Shown one piece after another: positions 35,318 to 48,051 of a stretch of 64,000 nt of DNA. The position numbers were made by a program, and so were the translations under genes. The notes beneath the pieces were generated by a model that was not told the origin of the DNA, searched no databases, and saw only the letters and a program-made list of their open reading frames with translations. This stretch comes from Podarcis cretensis (Eukaryota). Position 1 is the stretch's first letter. Every line of letters starts with the position of its first letter. Location of the stretch: NCBI GenBank assembly GCA_951804945.1, contig OX638157.1, positions 48,298,001 to 48,362,000 on the forward strand. The letters are read 5' to 3'.

Positions 35318-37548
35318 ACTGCCCTGGTTGTTCTGAAACCACATAGACTTGTTTGAAGGTACATAGAAACGGTGGGGAGATATACTTTATTAAGCATAAA
35401 AAGTGATGAAGAAATGATCAGGGATGATGGATCTTTGATGGTATGGAGGAATAGAGCAGACAGGAGGCATCAGAGGCCATATAAAATGAGATGTGAACCC
35501 TGGGCTGCAGGGATGGCCACCTTTTGTTTATTGCATGTTGATTTAATAGTCCTAACCCCCCCCATTAAACAAATGCTAAGAGTTTGTTTCCCAATAGTCT
35601 ATTTAATGCACAGTAATCAACGTGTTGCCTTATAACAGAGCTCTGTGTTGATTTGGTATAGCAATTTTGGCGTACAAGTATACTTATTTGAGAATGGGAG
35701 CTATAATGTTGATTTAAGGTTTCACTGAGCTAGGATGCCAAATTTCATTTTTTAAAATTTAAATCAAATAATTTAATTTTGCTTCTCTTGCTTTACATTT
35801 ACTGGATGTGTATGCTACAATTCTTCCTCACAACAAAGCTTCTGATGCATCCCAGAGAATATTGTTTGTTTTTGTTTTCATTTGAGTCACATCTGATGTT
35901 CTCATCTAAAGGCAATACAGCAATTTTTTACGATGGCCAATGCACAGTGTGTGGTATTGATAGGATCAATTATGTATGTCACAGTAGTCACATTGGATTG
36001 TAGTAACTGGCTAGTTAAAAATAAAACGAAATGAAATCTAAAGCTGATCTAACTTGCTAGTGAAAAAAATAAAATTAAAATCAGCTAAGAGGAGAAATAA
36101 AAGTTTAACTTCACCTTTTCAAGGTGTAATCTACTTCAGATACCATATGTATTTAGTCTTCCATGTATCCTAAAATTTCCTCTCTAATTTTAGCAGATTA
36201 CTTCTCGAGAGACAATTAGGTACCTCCTTAAAGTCTCCTCTAGTAATCACAAGATGTGCCCCTTCTCTAGTCAGTTACAGCATAAAAAACGATGGAAAAT
36301 GTTCAAAGAGTATATATTAGGGGCATAAATATTCTATCATATCATTGGTTGACATTCAATTGATATTTTTAATGGCTGGTATTCAACTAAGTTCAACTGA
36401 AAGTTGGCCTGTTATTATTTCTTCAATTTATATACCACCCTTCATCTGAAGATCATAGGGCAGTTTACAACATAATTGAAATTAATGGCCAAAACTTAGT
36501 CATGTTCATTAGTTCCAGTGGATTTACTTTGAGGAAAACTTAATTGAGTGCCATCCAAAATTTAGAAGTTTCCTCCTGTACCAGCTTCATAATCTAATTT
36601 CTGATATACCCAATAATTCCACATTCTTGGTAAATTCCCATGATCATGAACTATACGAATCTATCTGCTTTCTAATATGGATGGCTGTGCTCTCTCTGTG
36701 TGAGTTCTTGCTAAACTATAACAGCACCCCAGTTATTAAATTCTGCAAGAGGCTGCAGATGCTTGCTGGGACCACTAATATATCTGATATTCCACAAAAC
36801 ATACTTGACTATAGTCATGCCATAGCTGAAGAAGATGTGCTTGCATCACAGACATTACAAAGCACGAGTGATTCCCTATACTTTGTATGACAAGTATTTT
36901 CTTTCAAAGTCTTAATCTTCTTAGCAAGAAAAAAATAAAGAAAAAAATGGAATAGTCAGGAAGTGGGGAGGTGTGAGGGAAGAAATAACTAAAAGTTAAG
37001 AAAAAGATTGTCTTAGAAAACATTTAGAATAAAATGGCATACAGTTCTTATATGGATGTTGATTTAGGATTATTGCAGCACTTCCAAAAGTAACAAAGAA
37101 GAATTCAAATGTTTGCATTCAGTAGCAATTTAAAACAAAAACATCACCAAATCAATCCCCTATGTCTTCACTGTTCTAGCCCTCCATAATAACAAACAGT
37201 AATTCATTCTGTCTAAAGATGTATTTGGGAGGGAGGGACAACCCCCCCCCCCAAAAAAAAACAGTGCCAGGTGTCTTGAGAGAGATTGTAGATAAGTTAG
37301 ACCCACTCTCTAAAGTTTTATAGTGTGGGAGTTCGACTTGAAAAGCAAAGAAAGATTAGATTGTAAATAAACAGTAAAACAATGTGGAAGAACTTGAAGA
37401 AGATTGCAGAGTTGTGGATGGCTGTTCCCGGGAGCTGTCAGTTTGAGCCTACTCCCCTTCAGCCAAGTAACATGTCTCAAGGTGCTTTATTAACATTCTC
37501 TGAAGTTGGAAGATTGTGTTCTGAGGGGTCTTGCTCACCATTATCACT

Positions 37549-37668
37549 GGATTGCAACCAACTAAGTTCAACTCAGAGTAAACCCACTGAAATTAATGGG
37601 GCCAAGTTAGTCATGCCCAATAATTTCAATGGACCTACTCTGAACAGTACTAGCATTGGATACAACCC
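37549..37668. mobile_element. Palindromic MITE (related copies at ~21410-21530, ~36375-36555 and ~38020-38120)
   Basis: GGATTGCAACCAA...ACTCAGAGTAAACCCACTGAAATTA / TAATTTCAATGGACCTACTCTGA...TTGGATACAACCC. Confidence 0.7.
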
Positions 37669-38429
37669 ATTATACTTATAAATCCCCACTTTTCTGCAAG
37701 AAAACAAACATTTAAAAGTGACTACATCTGGTGATGCTAGTAATAAACAGACCCATAATATTTGCATGTGCCCATAGTTTGTTCCAAATGTTTCATGGCT
37801 ATGGAAATATTCAGTTCCTGAGGTTTACAAGAACTATCCTGAGTAGTTGTCCATTCTTAGCCTCTCCCCAAAAGAGGAGGAGGAGGAGGAGGAGAAGGCA
37901 GGAAATAAAGACAAAGCAGTCTAGCTCCCTTTGTCATGTAAGTTCACAGACCTTTCCAAAAGACCCCTCTCTCCTTGTCAACTACTTCATTGGCCAGGTT
38001 TTGAAAGATGGTGTCATAAGGTGGTATTCAACTAGTTTTCCTTAGAGCAGACCCACTGAAATTTAAAAATATCACTAAGTTAGATCTATTAATTTCAATG
38101 TATTCTAAGTAGAACAACATCCGTGTCCTGTGAGTGGGGGCCCAAGGGGTGCAATAGAGACACAAGGGTGGTTTACTCAGACAGCATCAGGACCACGGAC
38201 AGCTCCAAACAGAACCCTCCCATGACAACTGAGGCATTTTATCTCCATTTGGTTTATCTTCCTTGCTTTGCCCCATTCCTCTCCTTGCCCCAGTGCAAAA
38301 AAGAGAAGAAATTGTCAAAAAAACCCAAGTGGAGTCATCACAAGCAGAGGAACATATTCCAGGAGGTATCCTTTGATTGAACTATGTGAAAAGATATTTT
38401 GGAAAATGATGCATAATTTGTCTGTGAGT

Positions 38430-38745
38430 TAGTTAAACTTTTAAACCACCCTTTATCCCAGAGCATCCCAGGGTGGTTTCCAAAGATTTTTTTAAAATAT
38501 AAAAACATACGTGTCATAAGATCAGCACTAAAATATTTTAAAGCAACAAGAACCAAGATTAAAACCAACAGCAGACAGCAATTCCCGTACTCTAGAATTT
38601 AGCCAACTTCACCAAATGCTTGAGTGAACAAATATATTTTAATCTGGCATCAGAAGCCAAAGTTGAGGCCATCTGCACTTCTAGGGGGTGGGGTGGATTC
38701 CACAAAAGGGGTGCTATTACAGAGAAGGCCCTATTCCTCATCAAC
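38430..38745 (-). mobile_element. L2 LINE 3' fragment
   Basis: Peptide RAFSVIAPLLWN resembles the L2 ORF2 C-terminal motif RAFSxxAPxLWNxLP, followed by an L2-type tail. Confidence 0.7.
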
Positions 38746-40558
38746 ATGCAGCAAGCTATTTTTGTCAGGGAGAACAATGAGAACATTGCAATTAAAACTG
38801 TGATTATGCCAGTACAAACAATTCAGGAAAATGATCAGCGATCCCTGCTCTGCCTCTCTGCTCTTTTGAGCTCAATGCGCCCAGTACTGTTTATCCAAGG
38901 ATTATCTTGTTTATCTTATGGTTATTGCTCTTCATAGACTCTAATCATACTTCATTTTATAATGATGAAACGTGGCTGTGTTTGTTGTACAGCATTCCTG
39001 AACTTGAGATAGTGTGATGTTTAATAAAGTGTTTATAAGAGAAGATTAAGATAGTTTATCAGATCTTGGAATAATCTCATAATAATAAAACGTCTCTGAA
39101 CCTGAGTGCAATTTGTAATTTTACAAAGCAATGTTTCCAGAGTTATTAGACATGGGCAGGCTGCCTGCTAAGACAATAGGGTTCTAAAACCTAAAAATTG
39201 CCTCCAAAATATTGGAAGTTTAATGGTTTTGTACACACAGTCATGTATGTATTTTAGTCCCCCGATCAGTTACTAGTTTTATCAGAGTGCTGCAGTGAGA
39301 AAGGGTTGAAGGATGGTGCACCAGTCTCTCCCCCAATTTCTCCAGTTCACCCCATTTTGACAGACACAATTTTCTCTTCTCCCCTTTCATGCATCTGGGC
39401 TAGGAGCTATGGGTGAGCAGGGTACACATGCGTGCTGAGCCAAGGGGGCAGCATCTCAAAGCCTGGCAAGTGACAGGGTCCTAGAGTATTCCTACCTCCT
39501 TCCCAAAGCCTAGTTGGTGGTTTCCCAGCTTTGGGAAGGAAGGCTGTAGAACACTGCCAGAGCCCTTGCACCTTCTTCTCAAAGCCGTGTGCCTTTGGGA
39601 ACAACATGATGGCTGGGACAGAGTCGTGTGCCAAATTTTGGCCTAACCCAGAGCGTCATAGTACCTGAACGCGCCATTGTTTGCACTTGCAGATTTTTAT
39701 GGTCATCTGCCCCTTTCACACAATCTAATCATGCATTAGAAGACTTTGCTGAAACCTATCCTTGCATTCTATTTCAGTGGAGCATTTACAGCTATCTCAA
39801 AGGGATTGTTCATTTGTTATGGGATCCTGATTCCATGGGAGGCCTTGATCCGGCTACAGTCTGCTGCAGCTCATTGAAAGTGTTGTTTTTGGGACCAGAT
39901 TGCCTGAAGGACTGCCCAAGAATGAGGTCTTCTAAAGAGGCACTTTTCAGTGGAGATGGAGTAACCAATATGGTGCCCACCAAATCCCATCAGCCCCAGC
40001 TAGCATGGTCAAAAGTAGGGGATCATGGGAGTTGGAGTCCAACATTCGGAGGATACCATGTCGGTCTCCTCTGCTTTAGGAGTTGTGATCATGAAACAAC
40101 TGATCATGTTTAAAAGGTCTCAACTGAGTCTTACAATAGTTTGTTGACAGACTGAGCATGTGTCACAGGGTAATGTCACAGATTCACAACAATATTAATC
40201 TCAAAGCAAGGGCAGCATCATATAGCTTCTGTCAGTGAACTCCAAAACCTTTGCACTGATTTTTATCTCTTCCAACCACTGCTTCAAGCTTTCTCTGGCA
40301 CATTTTAGTTCCTATCCTGGCAAAAGGATATCTTCCATAAATTCATCACAATATATTCTGGGACCAGGAACCTGTGTCCTTCCAAATGTTGCATCTCCCA
40401 TTATCCCCCTGATCACTGGCTAGGCTTTCTGGGGCTGATGGGAGTTGAAATCCTACAACATTTGAAAGGTCACAGACTCACTGCTGCTTGACTAGGCAGG
40501 TACTTGTTGTTCATCAGTTTTGGGAAATGGCCAATTTGAATTACCAATTAGTTAGTCA

Positions 40559-40704
40559 ACCCACAAGCTTGAGATATAGGGCTCCCTCATTTAGAGGGTA
40601 TAATATCTGAACTGCCCAATAATTAGAGTTGTACCTATAATTATTGGGCAGTTTGTATATTATACCCTCTAAATGAAGGAGCCCTATATCTCAAGCTTGT
40701 GGGT
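40559..40704. repeat. 146-bp near-perfect inverted repeat
   Basis: Arms 40559-40625 and 40638-40704 (67 bp each) are reverse complements with 4 mismatches around a 12-nt centre. Confidence 0.95.
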
Positions 40705-43441
40705 GGAATGACGAGAGAATAGTAAACATGAATATAGAACACCTTTTCAAACAGCACTCAGGGCTCCGCGAACTTAGAACCATTCCGCTTTTTCCCTTCA
40801 TCCCTAGGTATAATGGAATTCAAGCTCTACATTTCAATAGGCACATGAAGAAAAACCTTTTTCCCCTATGCAGAAGGATAAAAATATGATCAGGCTAAAA
40901 GTTAAGCTGTGCTTTGTGAGGTTGAATTAAGGTCAGTGGTGGTGAGGGGAATCAATTGCAACTTTTGAGATGAAAACATCATCAAAGCTAAAGGAAGTGT
41001 TTCAAAGTGGGGTTTAATAGCAGCTATCATATTGCCTTCAGTTCCTTGACCATTTCTTATGCAGCTGTTTTATTTTAGAAAGATCCAACCCCCACCACAC
41101 ATGTACCGTTCTACACGCTGACCTGAGTACACACATCCAAGCACTTTGGTCACTCACGATAACTATAAACCCTTCAGTGAACTACTAGAAAGCTAGTTCA
41201 AATGGAAAGGGTGTAATTCAATCTAGCGTTTAACTTGGTCATTGATGAAGGGTTAAGCCAAAGGAACAGTCAGTAAGGAAGGCAAAGGGGGCAAGAGACA
41301 AATATGTCAATTAATTGATGCCTGGATGTCAGATAGATGACAGGGGTGGGTTTTGTTTTTGTTTTTTTAAAAAGAAAGCAAGAAAAATGTAACCATAGCA
41401 ACATTTCCATTTGAATATGGGAAATGCACAAAATTAGAGAGAGAGAGAAATGTTTCAAGCCTTATCTGGGCAAAATAAATTTGATTTCCAAATTGCTTGA
41501 AGATGGCCTTGCATTTTGAAATTTGAGTTAAGGTTTCACAAAATTGAAAATGCAATTGCATCAGAGCAATTGAAACAAAGCCTAGGTACGTGCTTTCTCA
41601 TATTTCATTCATTCATTCATTCATTCTTGGTTAGTAGATGTCTCTTTCCTTCCTTCCTTCCCCCTTCTTTTGTCCTCTCTTTTAAATTTATATGATCAGT
41701 ACTTTTGGCCAGGGGACTGTCTTTCCTGTGCTCATAATTTTATTTAATTTCATTCCTTGCTTATGTCCCACTGCTACCACAAACAACTTGGTTAACATAA
41801 AATACCAGAACAAAGGTTGGTTTTTTTAAAATTAAAAACAAAGTATATATAAAAAAACACCCCCCAAACAATAAACAGGTCAAAACCAAGTTTGTGTCAA
41901 CACAGTATGAACAATACAATAAATCCATAAGATTCAATTCAACAGCAAGGGTCCTTTCTTCACCCCAGGTTTTGTTTATGAGGAATATAAATGATATCAT
42001 TTCAGGATGATGTCATATCTTTGCCTCCTTCAATCTTTTATCATACCTGCTTTTGAACATTTTCAAAAAACTAAAAATGCAGTTGGAGTGCCAGCCTGTC
42101 AAACGCGGAAAGACAAAATGCCCTCGAGGTTTTCAAGGCTTCTGTGCCTTTAATTAAACGTTTCCTCCTTGCCTGTTTTGCCCATTTTATTGCTTTCTCT
42201 TGAGTATCAGTGAAATTAGCAACAAACTGTTAATAAACTATTGAAGAGTCTTTCTTCATTTCTGATTAATATTCATTCTTGTTCCTCTGGGTGTGCTAAT
42301 CATTGATTTCCTGCCACTCATTCCTTTTCACTTTCATATCTCAAAATAGCCATAAATTGGTAATACCTCTTCCACACTCAACAGGAAATAATAAAATCGA
42401 TAAGTCTGGTTAACTTTATAAGAGACTTCTGCTGAATGGTTACATGATAAACCTAGCTCCTACTCCATATCCAGTACGGCCCTACTAATAGTTGGAGAAC
42501 ATATGTTCTGTTTGTGATTGTGAGTGAAAGTCCTAAAGAATTCTATAGTATGCAGTTTCTTGCAAATGTTGTTGCAGGCCTGCCCTTCTGTTCTGTTAAG
42601 TAAAATGGTACTGCATCCATTTTCTTGGGGGCATGGGAAAAAGGCACAGTTAAAGTGTAAAGTGAGCTCAGTTTGGCCAGAGAAACTGGCTGGGAAGAGG
42701 TTACGAAGACATTTCTTGGTAACTTAGTAAGATTCCAGTACTTTCTTCCGTCTGAAGGAAAGTGACCTGTTATGCTGCTTTCAGATTTTCATTCCAGTGA
42801 CAGCACAACCCGCAGCTGTTTTTCCTCTAGATGTTGTGGTATAGAAAGCATCTTTTAATAAACACTTTAAACAGTATCTTTGTGGTTTTTCACGTGAATA
42901 ATAAATTTCGCTTGCGCAGCGTCGATAGCGATCTGTGTTCCTAAATATGTAAGTATACATACTGGGCTACATTTATCAAAAAGGCACGAGAGAGATGACA
43001 TAGATTGGAATGTTTTGAATAAGATCAAAGAACAGAATAATGATGCAGGAAACAACAGCTAAAAAGGAAAACCTCGGAGGCCAAAGAACTCATTTATTAA
43101 TTTCAAGACTCCCTTACCGCCACCTGGTCCTCCCCACATGACCAATCAGCATTTTACAGGGTTCCTTTGTTTCAGTGATGAGAATCTCTATCTTAAATAA
43201 ATTACATGGAAGAGCCAAATCCCATAGAAACTTTTTTTTTTGGGCGGGGGAATGGAATCACTGGAAGCCTGTTTTTGTACACACAGTCAAAAATAGAGTG
43301 ACTCTCTTCCACTGTGTGTGCTGGCCTAGAAAGTGAGCTGGTGCTGCCACTTTACAACACACACACATTTGGGGATGTATGCTGAATTCTAGGATAGATT
43401 CACCTAGTGCCACAGCTACATTGTCCCATCTGCCAAGCATT

Positions 43442-43607
43442 CAGTTGCGTAGCGTGGGGGGTGCAGGGGGGGCCGGCTGCACCGGGCGCAACATCTGGGG
43501 GGGGGCGCTCGCACTCGCAGCTCTCTGCCCCTACCTGGCTACCACGGGTTAGGGGGCGCAAATTACTTGCCTTGCCCCGGGTGCTGACAACCCACGCTAC
43601 GCCACTG
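43442..43607. mobile_element. GC-rich hAT MITE (166 bp)
   Basis: 17-bp TIRs CAGT(T/G)GCGTAGCGTGGG with one mismatch; perfect 8-bp TSD CAAGCATT at 43434-43441 and 43608-43615. Confidence 0.92.
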
Positions 43608-44030
43608 CAAGCATTGACAAAGAATGGTAAGCATACACAAATGCATTGATACACCCAGAGACAGGCTAGCTCCCACCTACTTTATTCTTCTCTTCTGCAC
43701 TGCAGAGCTTTGTTAGCTCCTGCTGCTGGCTGCTTCATAAATGTTTTCTATCTGCATTCCTATATAAAAATGGGCGCTGCTTGCCGTCAGCCTCTGTGCT
43801 ATGAGTTGCAAGACTTTTCAGCACACTCAGAGCAGAAACAAGGCAGTCATAGTTTCTTCACTGAGACGTTCTCTAATATTTAGATTTAAGCACTGTCCTA
43901 GGCTGCTTTCAGGTCGGGACATAATTTGCATGAATGCCATTGAGGTCTTACTGATGGACTATTGGCAACATGTTCTTTTTACTTACTGTGTTTTCTCCAG
44001 AAAGGGTATATCTAGATCAAAAGGGAGGGT

Positions 44031-44265
44031 GGGAACAGTCTGTGGTGGTGTAATGGTTAGCTTGTCAGAATAAGACCTGGGAGAGACCAGGGTTCAAATC
44101 TCCACTTAGACATGAAGCTCACTGGGTGACCTTGGGCCAATCACTATTTGTCTCAGCCTAACTCACCTCACAGGGTTGTTGTGGGGATTAAATGAGTTGG
44201 GAGGAAACCATGTACACCCCCTGGAGAAAAAATGGTGGGGTAAAAAGAAAATAAGTAAATAAATC
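44031..44265 (+). mobile_element. CORE/MIR-like SINE
   Basis: tRNA-like head (GTGTAATGGTTAG...GGGTTCAAATC), core CTGGGTGACCTTGGGCCAATCAC...ACCTCACAGGGTTGTTGTG, and an (AAAT)n tail. Confidence 0.8.
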
Positions 44266-45945
44266 AGGAAGAATGTTCGCTAGGATAAGGTTGTCTGGAA
44301 GTGACATAAGCCAATGCTGTTTTCTCATGCAAAATGTAAACAAACTGTGAAAGACTCTAAAAATAAAAAATGGAGATGTTAAATGTGTTAGGATATAGTT
44401 CCATTCCACCTTAAAAGGGTACAGGCATGACTGTGTGTCACATGCCTGTTTACTTCCAGCAGCACAGTCTTCTGGGAACTTCTGTTGTATGTTGCTTTTG
44501 CTATACTGCTGTTTTTGCTGGACACAAAGACAAGCAGACATGTTTTCCTTTGTTCCTGAGCTATGCTGAATAAAATGCTGTAAATATGCTTGCACATCTC
44601 TCTCTGTCCGCCTCTTCTGCTGTGAGGTGATTTACACACTCCGCTGACAGAGTGTGCACGGGTCTCTAAATGAATCTGATGCTTGTGTCGCTGACTAACT
44701 GATGCTGTTCCATGGGAGACCGGTGATTGTCCGGAGCCTGCTGGGGGCCTGCCTGATGCCCCTGACTCCCCGGAAGTATCCCAACAATATGTACTTTCCC
44801 TTATTTATTTGTTTGGTTTGCAACACAAGAAAATCTCTAAGAAAACTATTTTTATTTTTTTAAAAAAGGAAGGGTGGGGTACCAGCCAGCATTTTGATGC
44901 AACAATGTTGTTTGGATGCTGCAAAAAAAAATTGCACACCCAAGGAACACAGATCCAGCTATAAACACTTGTCGGGAAGTGCTCTCAGCTTATAGACCAA
45001 AGTCAAGCAGCCTGTAGCCCTCTAGATGCTGTTGGACTGAAGCGCCCACCATCTCTGATCATGCTGGTTGGGGATGGTGGAAGTTGGAGGCCAACAACAC
45101 CTAGAAGGCCACAATTTAGCCATCCTCACCAAAGCTTATTTAACAACCTTGTTAATTCCTCCTTGCCGATTACATTGGCCTGGGTATAAAAAGATACAGC
45201 TTGGTCATCAGCCTAAATCCTCCTTTAATTTTTAGCTACAATGTTTTCCATGTCAGTGTGCTTAGGATTATGACCTAAAACTTTATGGGGAATGGTTGTT
45301 TATGTTCATTTCCTTTCAGATTCTTGGCACAAGTACTGGGCATCTGATGAGAGTTTCGGATTCTAGTTTCGATAAGTCCAGTTTCCCAGAGTTCTGTATT
45401 TGACAAGGGAAGATTTATTCTGCTTTGATTTGCAGAGAGCAATTGCTTTATTTTAAAAAAGGTCAGAATATTTGCTACAAGAATAACATAACGAACACGT
45501 CTTCAGCTTTATAGTCATTCTTTGTCCCTTTATGACTAGACGCATGCCTACCATGTAAATGTCTGCCAGAGAACACTGCTAACACCGTGCCATTTGAAGG
45601 TTTGGAACTCACAAGACATTGTTTCAAAAGAAATGAAGGACCCTCAACTAACCTGCAGATGAAAAGAGGCTCACAGAGATCTTTAATTAGATTGTGCTCT
45701 TGGAAGACAATAGTATGATAAAGAAGATTTAGTAAAGCATTTTGTCATTTTATTACTTTAATTTCAAGCAAGATGCTTAACTTCAAAGGAGAGCCAAGCT
45801 ACTCTCCCTCTATCCAATGAATAACTCCCCAAGGAAGAAAAAGAAAAAATGTCCTCATAGCTTGGCTGATGCTGTTGAGGGTAAAAAGATCAATCGTAGT
45901 CTTTCTTCTTGTAAGGATGGGCATAATCCACATGGACGTTTTGCA

Positions 45946-45949
<4 letters not shown>

Positions 45950-45977
<28 letters not shown>
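45950..45977. repeat. (CT)n microsatellite
   Basis: Direct reading. Confidence 0.9.
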
Positions 45978-45982
<5 letters not shown>

Positions 45983-47659
45983 AAAACAATTTTAATTGAT
46001 TTTCCAAATCATTACAGATCAAACCAAATTACTTTAATTTAATACAATTTCTTAAAATCAGGTTTCCTGCTTTCGTTGCAATCATATGTCCAAGATTCCC
46101 CCCCGTAGCTGTTTCATTTCTTATTTACTCTCCAGTTGACATCCTTCACTTACCATCAAACCAATCTTCAAGCTGTCTGCTTTTTCACCTTACAAAACAG
46201 CACCTCAGTTTCATCTTGTAAATACGGTACTGTCTTACCTCACTTTGCTTTGTACCATACTCTCAATTTCATGTACGTTACATTTGCCGTAAAGTTGCAG
46301 AGTTTGTTCCACACAGGAGAGCTATTTATTATCACATTAGATTGGCTGCCAGGTGGTTTTTACCAACTTTGTCCAACTTCATCTAAGACTGGGTGTTGTT
46401 CCCCCTGCACTTTGGTATATCCGCTGCTTAAGCTGAAGCATAATTTGTGACCAACCTTAAACTGAGGTTTATTTTATTTTAGTAGCTCTTTCGTGACTAA
46501 TTTGAACTTACGTTGGAGTTTAGAGAAATATTTACACAGAAATAACCTGAGATTGTGTGGTGTAAACGCAGTGCCATTCAGCTATGTAAATAGCTGCAAC
46601 AATGTTTAATTGAATATATAACACTAGTAAAATGGAAATGCCATTCTCGTTCCACTTTGGTCTATGCCCCAGCTTTGATAGCACACATGAACAGGGCTAA
46701 TTGATAGTGGAAGTTATAGTTTTAAACAGGGGCCCATAACTCTGCTATATGTCTGGAAACCTTTATTGTTACAGCCTTTGTCTTTTGTCAAAGTCTTTTG
46801 GCTGGCTTCAAGCATCAGTAACCTGTTGCATCCAAGTTATTTGTTCATCATTCATAAACAGATTGTTCCTAAGTTTGCTTTTACCAGCAGATTTATCTAC
46901 AGCCAGGCTTTCTCGCTGTGGTTTTCACCGATGCCATATGGTGATCAAATGTGGCTTTTTCTCTCAAGTAGACTTGGAATTGTCATTCAGATATTTACAA
47001 CCTCATCTTGTCTTTTCTTTATATCAAGTTTTTCATTGGTCAGTTCCAGATGACTTATTTATTGTCCATCCAGATTGATTTGCAGAGAGGCAAATTTGCA
47101 GTTGCTGTAATTCACAGAAAGGCAGAGTGCTCTTGGGCTTTGGCTGTATTTGGGGGTTTCCATGGGCATCTGGTTGGTGACTATGAGGACAAGATGCTGG
47201 ACTAGATGGTCTATTGGTTTTCACTTTCAAAATACTGCACACAAGGCTATGCATGGTCTTTGCAGATGCCCTCAATCAGCTGAATGCCAGCACTTGCATA
47301 ATTCTGTGCACAGGGCTTTGCAGGTGCTACCAATCAGCTGATCAGTCATACCTGTAAACCCCCTTTATCTCCAGCCATGTCTTTTTTCCTGTAGGGCAGG
47401 TGTGGATAGTCTGAACAAAACTGTGGACCTGATTAAGCCCAGGTGCTGGAGGTTCCTCACTGCTGCTCCTGTTCTTTAAGCCTCTCCTTGAATTTGGAGA
47501 CAGCAGTGAAGGGGACAGAAGACATTCTAATGGCCAGTTCTCTCTGGCACTGTCTCTTCTAACTCTGAGCCTTCCTGTAACTCTCCCCCCGCAGAAAAGC
47601 AGTTCATCTAGATAGAGCTTTATGAAGTGACTGATGGACCTGACACTTAGGCTAGGACA

Positions 47660-47970
47660 GATCCTCCAAGTGTCCCTATTTTCCAGGGACAGTTCCAGAT
47701 ATACAGAAAATGTCCTGGATTCTGATTTGATCACAGAATGTCACACTTTTCCTAAGGACATCCCTATTTTTCATCAGAGTAATGTTGGAGGGTACGGTTA
47801 TGTGACCCTGAGCCAAAGAGCCAAAGAGATACAACTTTTAGAATACATCTGAAGGCAGCCCTGTATAGGGAAGGTTTTTAATGGTTAATGTTTTATTATG
47901 TTTTTATATATGTTGGAAGCTGCCCAGAGTGGCTGGGTCAATCCAGTCAAATGTGTGAAGTATAAATAAA

Positions 47971-48014
<44 letters not shown>

Positions 48015-48051
48015 AATAGGATGTCCCTATTTTCATCAGTGAAATGTTGGA
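47660..48051. repeat. Composite repeat: GTCCCTATTTT...AATGTTGGA units flanking an L2-like tail and (ATT)n
   Basis: GGA(C/T)(A/G)TCCCTATTTT(T)CATCAG...AATGTTGGA occurs at ~47756-47789 and ~48019-48051; (ATT)n runs 47971-48012. Confidence 0.55.

Noticed and set aside
39438-39453. CTCF-like AGCCAAGGGGGCAGCA (and TTGCAAGGTGGCAC at ~19756)
   Set aside because: The 5' half of the motif matches poorly; not supportable without a PWM scan or ChIP data.
39628-40113. 161-aa ORF in the gene desert
   Set aside because: Non-ATG start, no recognisable domain, and its 3' part runs through a decayed hAT MITE.
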